Shown one piece after another: positions 41,929 through 48,016 of a stretch of DNA of 48,016 bases. The DNA lies in IMG/VR virus record IMGVR_UViG_3300044492_000085, positions 1 to 48,016 of that record; one strand, given 5' to 3'. Source of the stretch: a virus. The translations under genes and the position numbers were made by a program. A model generated the notes under the pieces. That model made no database searches, was not told the origin of the DNA, and saw only the letters and a program-made list of their open reading frames with translations. Position 1 is the first letter of the stretch. Every line of letters begins with the position of its first letter.

Positions 41929-42132
41929 ATGATCGGTACGTTGATCTCGATCGTCCTGTTGCTGGTGGTGCTCGGTGTCATCCTGTGGGCCGTGCAAGCC
42001 CTGTTGCCCATGGTGCCAATGCCGCCGCAGTTTCGCACTGTGGTGTCAGTGCTGATCACCGTCATCGTGGTGTTGATCATCGTCTACATCATTGCCGGCC
42101 TGTTGGGTGTGGTGACACCAATGAGGCTCTAG
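41929..42132 (+). CDS. Two-TM small membrane protein (holin candidate)
   Basis: 67 aa with two hydrophobic helices (LISIVLLLVVLGVILWAV and VVSVLITVIVVLIIVYIIAGLLGV). Confidence 0.5.
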   Translation: MIGTLISIVLLLVVLGVILWAVQALLPMVPMPPQFRTVVSVLITVIVVLIIVYIIAGLLGVVTPMRL

Positions 42133-42309
42133 ATGATCGTCGTCCTGGCCATGCTTGCTGTCCTGTTATCCGGCTGTATCGTGACCACCGTGACCGAACG
42201 ACCGCCGTTCTATAGTCGATATGAAATAGATGCGATCAATGCCGAAACCGCCTGCCGACAACTGGCGCGAAACCTTATCCAGATGGAACGCTGCACAGTC
42301 AGGAGATAA
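42133..42309 (+). CDS. Small lipoprotein (o-spanin-like candidate; below the track cutoff)
   Basis: My translation is MIVVLAMLAVLLSGCIVTTVTERPPFYSRYEIDAINAETACRQLARNLIQMERCTVRR (58 aa). The lipobox is LLSGC. The ATG follows immediately after the upstream TAG. Confidence 0.55.
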   Translation: MIVVLAMLAVLLSGCIVTTVTERPPFYSRYEIDAINAETACRQLARNLIQMERCTVRR

Positions 42310-42310
42310 A

Positions 42311-42475
42311 ATGGCCAAGCCAGAGCAAGATGTGTTTCCGCCGGACCCGGCTTTGATCCGGCCGCTGGTGCCGCGGATCGAAATCGCACTGACCGTGCCG
42401 GACGGCGTCGACCTGCAGATCACCGTCAACGGCGTCGGCGTGCTGATGCAGGATGACGAAGACGACGCGACCTAG
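42311..42475 (+). CDS. Hypothetical small acidic protein
   Basis: 54 aa from the ATG at 42311, preceded by an AGGAGA RBS. This is an internal start of track ORF 42230-42475. Confidence 0.45.
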   Translation: MAKPEQDVFPPDPALIRPLVPRIEIALTVPDGVDLQITVNGVGVLMQDDEDDAT

Positions 42476-42482
42476 CCCAAAA

Positions 42483-42500
42483 ATTTTTTCGGATTTTCAA
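42483..42500 (+). promoter_or_regulatory. Conserved 18-nt motif, copy B (ATTTTTTCGGATTTTCAA)
   Basis: Exact match to the complement of 30419-30436, 14 nt upstream of the ATG at 42515. A degenerate third copy, CAAAATTTTTTTGCATTTTTGAAGC, lies at 14746-14770. Confidence 0.5.
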
Positions 42501-42514
42501 CCTAGGGGAACTCC

Positions 42515-42742
42515 ATGGCCAATAAATTCGGTAAGACCGTGAACATCAAGGCGCCGCCGGTGGCCAAGCCGCCGCCGGTGTCGAAGACCCAGGACAACTT
42601 CACCCATCACACCTCGCCAGTGAAGGGACCGCAGCCGACCCCGGTCGAGCCGAGCACGATCAGCTCTAAGCCGAAGGCGTCGATCAAGAAGATGCCGGAC
42701 GTGCCGCCGGCGAAGTACAAGCATACCGATGACGGACTCTGA
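42515..42742 (+). CDS. Pro/Lys-rich small protein upstream of terL (small-terminase position, unsupported)
   Basis: 75 aa with an AGGGGA RBS, overlapping the terL start by 14 nt. The sequence looks disordered. I see no recognisable small-terminase features. Confidence 0.3.
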   Translation: MANKFGKTVNIKAPPVAKPPPVSKTQDNFTHHTSPVKGPQPTPVEPSTISSKPKASIKKMPDVPPAKYKHTDDGL

Positions 42743-44303
42743 AAAGGACGTCCAACGGAAACTGCTGAAGCGTAAACGCGCAATCCTCATCGCCCGCGAT
42801 GATTTGATAGCGTTTACAGAATTGATGATGCCCGACCCCAACTACGATGACGACGTCGGGCAGTCGCTGTACAAGCCACAACCGTTCCACCGCATGATCG
42901 GCCGCTCGCTGGAAGAGGTCGAGCGTGGCGACTACCGCAGGCTGATGATCAATGTTGGCCCGAGATTTGGCAAGACTACGCTCGCCAGCGCGATGTTTCC
43001 TGCTTGGTATGTCGGTCGGCATCCTGACCGCTCTATTATTGTTGCTACTTACAACGAGCATTATTCATGGGATCTCGGCCGACGTGTCCGAGACATCATG
43101 GAAACCCCCGAATACAAGCAAGTCTTCCCCGAAGTAGAGATCAAGGTCGGAGCCAATGCCGTCAACAGGGTTCAGACAACGCGCGATGGCGTGGTCTTCA
43201 GTGTGGGACGCGGCTCCTCGATCACCGGCCGCGGTGGTCACTGCATCTTATTGGATGACCCTATTAAGGATCGAACTGAAGCTGACTCAGTCATCGTTCG
43301 AGAGAAGCTGTGGCAATGGTACAATCAAGTCCTCAGAACTCGCCTCATGGATTCGACTGGCACTATCGTCATCGTCCAAACTCGGTGGACCGAAGACGAT
43401 CTCGTTGGCCGGCTTATCGACCCGCTTAATCCGTACTACAACGTCGAAGAAGCCAAAGCCTGGCGCAAGATTGATCTGCCGGCGCTAGCTGAAGACAACG
43501 ACGTGCTCGGCCGCAAACCCGGCGAGGCGTTGTGGCCGGAGCGGTTCACCAAGCAGTATCTGGAGGACATCCGTGCCACCGATCCGCGTGGATTTGCTGC
43601 GCTGTATCAGGGTCGTCCAGGGCCTAAGGATGGGGCCTTCTTCAAGGATAGCGACCTGGTCACCTACAATAAAATGGATGACGTCCCGGCGTTTCATACC
43701 CTTAGATTCTATGGGGCATCGGACCACGCGGTGTCGGTAGCCAAGTCTGCCGACAAGACCTGCCTGATGATCGTCGGCGTCGACGAGAAGGACAACATTT
43801 GGATCATGCCGGACATGGTCTGGGACCGGCTGGATTCGCATCAGGCGGTCGAAAGCATGATCGTGCTGATGAAGAAATATAAGCCGATGTTCTGGTGGGC
43901 CGAGGGCGGCGCCATCACCAAGAGCCTCGGACCATTCCTGCGCCGGCGCATGGCCGAGAAGCAGGCATTCTGTGCGATCGATCCGATCAATCCCGCCGCC
44001 GACAAGCAGCAACGCGCGCAGGCGATCCAGGCCCGCACCAGCATGAAGATGGTACACTTCCCTGGCTTCATCCGCAGTTGGTCGGAAATGCAGGACCAGA
44101 TCCTGAAGTTTCCGCACGGCAGTAACGATGACGTGGTCGACACTTTGAGCCTGGTTGGGCTAGGACTGTCGAAGATGCACGGGCGAACCCGCGGCAGGAA
44201 GATCGAGCCGGAAGTCTTGACCGGCACCTACCGTGAGCTGTTTGCAAACACGCGCCGGCGTGAGGGTCGAGATCTTCGGGCGAGGGGCCTGCAAGGATGG
44301 TAG
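42729..44303 (+). CDS. terL: Terminase large subunit
   Basis: 524 aa. Walker A is VGPRFGKTT and Walker B is HCILLDDPIKD. The C-terminal nuclease-like half includes GASDHAVS...D. It lies directly upstream of the portal gene. Confidence 0.85.
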   Translation: MTDSEKDVQRKLLKRKRAILIARDDLIAFTELMMPDPNYDDDVGQSLYKPQPFHRMIGRSLEEVERGDYRRLMINVGPRFGKTTLASAMFPAWYVGRHPDRSIIVATYNEHYSWDLGRRVRDIMETPEYKQVFPEVEIKVGANAVNRVQTTRDGVVFSVGRGSSITGRGGHCILLDDPIKDRTEADSVIVREKLWQWYNQVLRTRLMDSTGTIVIVQTRWTEDDLVGRLIDPLNPYYNVEEAKAWRKIDLPALAEDNDVLGRKPGEALWPERFTKQYLEDIRATDPRGFAALYQGRPGPKDGAFFKDSDLVTYNKMDDVPAFHTLRFYGASDHAVSVAKSADKTCLMIVGVDEKDNIWIMPDMVWDRLDSHQAVESMIVLMKKYKPMFWWAEGGAITKSLGPFLRRRMAEKQAFCAIDPINPAADKQQRAQAIQARTSMKMVHFPGFIRSWSEMQDQILKFPHGSNDDVVDTLSLVGLGLSKMHGRTRGRKIEPEVLTGTYRELFANTRRREGRDLRARGLQGW

Positions 44304-46909
44304 ACGCCTTCCAAGACGACATGATGCGCGTGTTTGCCGGCCTTGATGAGCAGTCCAGCGAGCCGGACATCAACGCCACTACCGGAAAACCTAACTCGAT
44401 CCCGCGCGCCAATCCCGATCCGCCAGACCGCCGCCGCAACCTGGTCCGCGACTGGACCAGCAAGGTGAAGAAGGCCAAGCGGTACTGGAAACCTTCATTC
44501 GACCGGATGCGGGAAGATCAAGAGTTCTGCTTCGGCAAACAGTGGTCCAAAGATAGCAAAGACAAGCGTTACGTCGCCAACCTCACGCTCAGGCTGGTGG
44601 CGCAAAAGACGGCATTTCTGTACGCCAAAAACCCCAAGGCCGTCGCGAAAAAGCGGCCGCGGCTCAATGCCACCAGCTGGGACGAGAGCCAGACCACGCT
44701 CAATCAGCTGATGCAGTCTGCCGCCATGATGATGCAGCAGGCGCAAGCTGCCGGCGCCATGGGCCAGGGGCCGATGGCGCCAGGTGGCATGCCCGGCATG
44801 CCGCCTGGCATGATGGGCCAGGTCGCCGGCGCCGCCGGCGGCGCCATCCAAGGCATGATGCCGATGGCGACCGGCAGCCCGCCCGACATCGGCATGCTGA
44901 TGGCTGGCGGCATGCCGCCCAACCCGGCGACCATGCCGTCGCCCGACGTCAACCAGATCTCCGGCCAGATGGGCGCCGCGCTCGGCGGTGCGACCATGCC
45001 GGGCATGGGCGCCGGCCCAATCCCTGGCGAAATGCAGCAGCCGCAGGGGCTGGGCGACCAGCTCGGCCAGGCCGCGGCTGGTGCCGCCGCCGGCGGCATG
45101 GCGCCGCCGGGCTCGCCGATGATCGCCCAGGCGGTCGGCAGCGGCATGGACATCATGATGGATGCGGCTCGGGTCAAATCCGAGAACATCATGATGGACA
45201 AACTGGCCCGGACACTCGAGCTGCTCTACGCCTACGAGGTCGACAACCAGCCGCATCCGTTCAAATCAATGCTGAAGATGTCGGTGCGGCGCGCCGTCAC
45301 CAACGGCGTGGCCTATGTGAAGCTTGGGTTTGAGCGGGTGATGCAGCTGCGGCCCGACCTGGAGAAGGGCATCGCCGACGCCAACGAGCGGCTGGCTACG
45401 CTCGAGCGGTTAGCGGCCGACGCCACCGACGCCATCACCGACGACAGCGACATGGAAGCCGAGCAGCTGCGGCTGCTATTAGCGGACCTGGTCAAGTCGC
45501 AGGGTGCAGTGGTGCGTGAAGGGCTTACCTTTGATTTCCCGCTGTCGACCCGCATCATCCCGGACATCAAGTGCATTGATCTGCGCAACTGGGTGGCAGC
45601 CGGCTGGGTCGCCGAGGAGTATCTGTTATCGGTCAGTGAGATCGAAGAGATCTATGGCGTAGATGTTAGGGGTCACTGTACCGAGTACGGCTCAGACAGC
45701 GACACTGATCCATCCAAGGCGATGGAAGAATGGATGAGCAGCAAAGACAAAGACAAGAACCGCGGCGAGCCGAACGCGATCGTCTGGGAGATCTACAATC
45801 GCAACGACGGTTTGGTCTATGTGGTGTGCGATGGCTATCGGGAATTTTTGAAAGAGCCGGCCTCGCCGGAGATCTACAACGAGCGGTTCTATCCCTGGTA
45901 TGCCTTGATATTCAACGGCATCGAAGACGAACACGAACTGTTTCCGCCAAGCGACGTCAGGTTAATGCGCGACATGCAGCTCGAATACAATCGCTGCCGC
46001 GAGGGCCTGAAAGAGCAGCGGATCGCCGGCCGGCCGTTCACCGCGGTGGTAGCCGGCTCCATGGACGAAGACGACATGGAGAAACTGACCAACCGCGAAG
46101 CCAACGCGGTGATCGAGTTCAATGCGCTGCAGCCGCAGCAGGACGTCAAGCAGCTGCTGCAGCCCTATGCCGGTCCCGGCATCGATCCGAACCTGTACGA
46201 GGTCAATCCGGTCTACGAAGACATTCTGCGCACCACCGGCATCCAGGAAGCCAATCTTGGTGGGACCAGTAACACCACGGCGACCCAGGCGCAGATTGCC
46301 GAAGGTAGCCGCATGACCAGCATGGGCAGCAATATCGATGATTTGAACGACCTGCTGACGCAACTTGCGCGTAACGGCGGCCAGATACTGATGCGCGAGA
46401 TGTCGCAGGAACGGGTCAAGAAGATTGTCGGCCAGGGGGCGGTGTGGCCGGCCGAGCCGGTCGCTCAGGATATCGCCAACGAAATCCTGCTCGAGATCGA
46501 GGCGGGCTCGATGGGCCGGCCGAACCAAGCCCAAGAGATCGCCAACGCCCAGCGGCTGATGCCGCTGCTCATTCAACTTCCCGGCATCGACCCGGAGTTC
46601 CTGGCCAAGGACACGCTGCGCCGGCTCGACGATCGCCTCGATCTGACCGAAGCATTCAAGTCCTCGCTGCCGAGTATCGTTGCGATGAACGGTGCTATGT
46701 CTGGCAGCGCCGGCCCAACCGCGGCCGGTGCAGGCGCTGCACCGGGCGCGGCTATGGGGCCGCAGGGTGCCGTCAACGCGCCAGACGGCGGCGCCAAGGC
46801 GGCGCCGCCACCGTCGGCGCCTGATGCGCAGCAGACACTGTCAGGCGCGCCGCCGCCTCGGCCGCATCCGATGCCGCAGCAGGTGACGATGCCGACCATG
46901 CCGGGTTGA
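44297..46909 (+). CDS. Portal protein with a Met/Gly/Pro-rich insert
   Basis: 870 aa, overlapping terL by 7 nt and followed by the scaffold and capsid genes. It contains a low-complexity insert of about 150 aa (44711-45160) and an Ala/Pro-rich C-terminal tail. Confidence 0.7.
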   Translation: MVDAFQDDMMRVFAGLDEQSSEPDINATTGKPNSIPRANPDPPDRRRNLVRDWTSKVKKAKRYWKPSFDRMREDQEFCFGKQWSKDSKDKRYVANLTLRLVAQKTAFLYAKNPKAVAKKRPRLNATSWDESQTTLNQLMQSAAMMMQQAQAAGAMGQGPMAPGGMPGMPPGMMGQVAGAAGGAIQGMMPMATGSPPDIGMLMAGGMPPNPATMPSPDVNQISGQMGAALGGATMPGMGAGPIPGEMQQPQGLGDQLGQAAAGAAAGGMAPPGSPMIAQAVGSGMDIMMDAARVKSENIMMDKLARTLELLYAYEVDNQPHPFKSMLKMSVRRAVTNGVAYVKLGFERVMQLRPDLEKGIADANERLATLERLAADATDAITDDSDMEAEQLRLLLADLVKSQGAVVREGLTFDFPLSTRIIPDIKCIDLRNWVAAGWVAEEYLLSVSEIEEIYGVDVRGHCTEYGSDSDTDPSKAMEEWMSSKDKDKNRGEPNAIVWEIYNRNDGLVYVVCDGYREFLKEPASPEIYNERFYPWYALIFNGIEDEHELFPPSDVRLMRDMQLEYNRCREGLKEQRIAGRPFTAVVAGSMDEDDMEKLTNREANAVIEFNALQPQQDVKQLLQPYAGPGIDPNLYEVNPVYEDILRTTGIQEANLGGTSNTTATQAQIAEGSRMTSMGSNIDDLNDLLTQLARNGGQILMREMSQERVKKIVGQGAVWPAEPVAQDIANEILLEIEAGSMGRPNQAQEIANAQRLMPLLIQLPGIDPEFLAKDTLRRLDDRLDLTEAFKSSLPSIVAMNGAMSGSAGPTAAGAGAAPGAAMGPQGAVNAPDGGAKAAPPPSAPDAQQTLSGAPPPRPHPMPQQVTMPTMPG

Positions 46910-46976
46910 TGACAAAGTATCTGAATTGACGTAATGATCGCTTGAAGGTGCCGATTGGCACCGGGGGAATTTCAGT

Positions 46977-48014
46977 ATGGCAGATGACGACAAGCACCTA
47001 CCCGCCGAGGTAGTGCCGTCGATCGAACAGGTACCTTCGCCAGGTACGGACGCCGGCGATACCGGCGGTAGTCTGCTGGACGCCATCCAGAGCGCAGTGC
47101 CTGAGCTGCGACAGGATGACGACTACTCAGACACCGACGGCTCAAAGGGGGATCCGCCATCCCAAGTCGCAAGGAAGTCCGAACGCGAACCCGAATTGTC
47201 GGAAGAGCCGACACCTGACGAACTAGCCAAGCTTTCCAAAGCCGCGCAACGGCGCATCAAGAAGCTCAATTCGCAACGACAGAAGTTGTCGGGCGAGGTG
47301 CAGCGACTGAAGGCGCTCGAGCCGGACGCTGATATGGCGCGCAAGGTCACCGATTATCTTCGCAAGAACGATATCGGTCAGGACGATTTCCTGTTTGGCC
47401 TTGAGCTGATGGCGGCGATGCGCCGCGGTGACTTCGTGAAGTTCTATGAGGGGACGCGCCCCTACATGAAACTCTGCGAGGAATACCTCGGCATCTCGCT
47501 GCCCCCTGATTTGCAGCAGTCAGTGCAGCAGGGGCATATGACGACACAGGCCGCGGCCATGTACTCGCGAGAGCGCATGGACAAGGCGATGGCGCAGAAC
47601 AATGCGGTCCGACAACAGGCCGCACTGCAACAGCACCAGCAGGTGTCGCAGAATCAGCAAGAGCAACTGCGCAAGGAAGTCTTGGCAGAGAAGGTGGCGA
47701 TAGCCGTCAATAACTGGGAACTGGGAATAGTGCGATCGGACCCTCGCTATGCGGCGAAAAAAGCCGCTGTTCAGTCCACGATGATGGCACTCGTCCAGGA
47801 GTACGGTCCACCCAAGTCGCCCGAGAACGGCATCCAACTCGCCCAAGAGGCGTATCGCCGTGTCAACGAGCAGTACAAGGCTTGGTCCCAACCCCAGCGA
47901 ATGCCCACATCGCGCGTCCCGAGCAGCACCGGAAGAACCGCTGGTGTGGCACCCGAGCCTACGTCACTGCTGGAAGCAGTCAGATTTGCTCGCGAGGGAG
48001 CGCCGCGCCTCTAA
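46977..48014 (+). CDS. Scaffolding protein (assigned by position)
   Basis: 345 aa with an acidic N-terminus and Gln-rich coiled-coil segments. It lies between the portal and capsid genes, and its last 41 codons lie in the terminal redundancy. Confidence 0.55.
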   Translation: MADDDKHLPAEVVPSIEQVPSPGTDAGDTGGSLLDAIQSAVPELRQDDDYSDTDGSKGDPPSQVARKSEREPELSEEPTPDELAKLSKAAQRRIKKLNSQRQKLSGEVQRLKALEPDADMARKVTDYLRKNDIGQDDFLFGLELMAAMRRGDFVKFYEGTRPYMKLCEEYLGISLPPDLQQSVQQGHMTTQAAAMYSRERMDKAMAQNNAVRQQAALQQHQQVSQNQQEQLRKEVLAEKVAIAVNNWELGIVRSDPRYAAKKAAVQSTMMALVQEYGPPKSPENGIQLAQEAYRRVNEQYKAWSQPQRMPTSRVPSSTGRTAGVAPEPTSLLEAVRFAREGAPRL

Positions 48015-48016
48015 TT
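47890..48016. repeat. Terminal redundancy, copy B (identical to 1-127)
   Basis: Exact 127-nt match to the window start. It contains the last 41 codons and stop codon of CDS 46977-48014. Confidence 0.97.

Noticed and set aside
42515-42742. Calling the 75-aa ORF upstream of terL the small terminase subunit.
   Set aside because: The sequence is Pro/Lys-rich and looks disordered, with no HTH or oligomerisation helix pattern. The position alone is not sufficient, so it is kept as hypothetical.
1-48016. A temperate lifestyle (integrase, excisionase, CI-type repressor, attP) or plasmid-prophage partition genes.
   Set aside because: I found no tyrosine or serine recombinase, ParA/ParB or long repressor gene in any frame. 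The Cro-like switch alone is not enough to call the phage temperate.
1-48016. A T7-like single-subunit RNA polymerase, expected from the T7-style virion gene order.
   Set aside because: No ORF of suitable size (about 800-900 aa) outside the portal, polymerase and virion proteins carries RNAP motifs. The sigma70-like hexamers at the early regions suggest host RNAP is used.

Overview
The window is a complete, circularly closed dsDNA phage genome. Nucleotides 1-127 are identical to 47890-48016, so the unique length is 47,889 bp. The scaffold-like gene (46977-48014) therefore runs directly into the capsid gene at 142. The sequence is GC-rich and densely coding, and many genes are joined by ATGA or TGATG overlaps. 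I found no tRNA, CRISPR array, integrase or phage RNA polymerase.

Layout:
- One long + strand late operon starts at about 33.2 kb and wraps through the junction to 14.6 kb.
- In order it carries tail fibres and lectin-like proteins, small membrane and lysis-like genes, large terminase, portal, scaffold and capsid.
- It continues with T7-style adaptor-like and nozzle-like proteins, two GNAT-like genes, a tandem family of small Pro/Ala-rich proteins, and three large ejection (internal virion) proteins. The last of these carries an M15 peptidase domain.
- 14.8-15.7 kb (- strand) holds a two-gene moron encoding a secreted protein with a VPLPA/PEP-CTERM exosortase sorting signal.
- 15.7-18.0 kb (+ strand) holds a Cro-like switch region and early genes, including an N6-adenine methyltransferase.
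- 18.0-25.4 kb (- strand) holds a replication and recombination operon: Cas4-like nuclease, unknown protein, family A DNA polymerase, DUF2786-like protein, PAPS-reductase-like protein, winged-helix protein and SNF2 helicase.
- 25.5-28.3 kb (+ strand) holds VRR-NUC, prim-pol and an SF3-type helicase, followed by an iteron-rich, AT-rich candidate origin.
- 28.6-33.1 kb is a less GC-rich block of small early genes of unknown function.

The observations most worth follow-up are:
- the phage-borne exosortase-substrate moron;
- the tandem MGGKG/PPSxW small-protein family in the ejection module;
- the Met-rich insert in the portal;
- the shared-anchor dual fibres and the triple LamG protein;
- the apparent lack of a stand-alone endolysin;
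- a recurring CTCAA-N5-TTGAG operator-like dyad;
- an 18-nt motif conserved at two distant intercistronic sites.

All functional calls come from reading motifs by eye. None were verified by database search.
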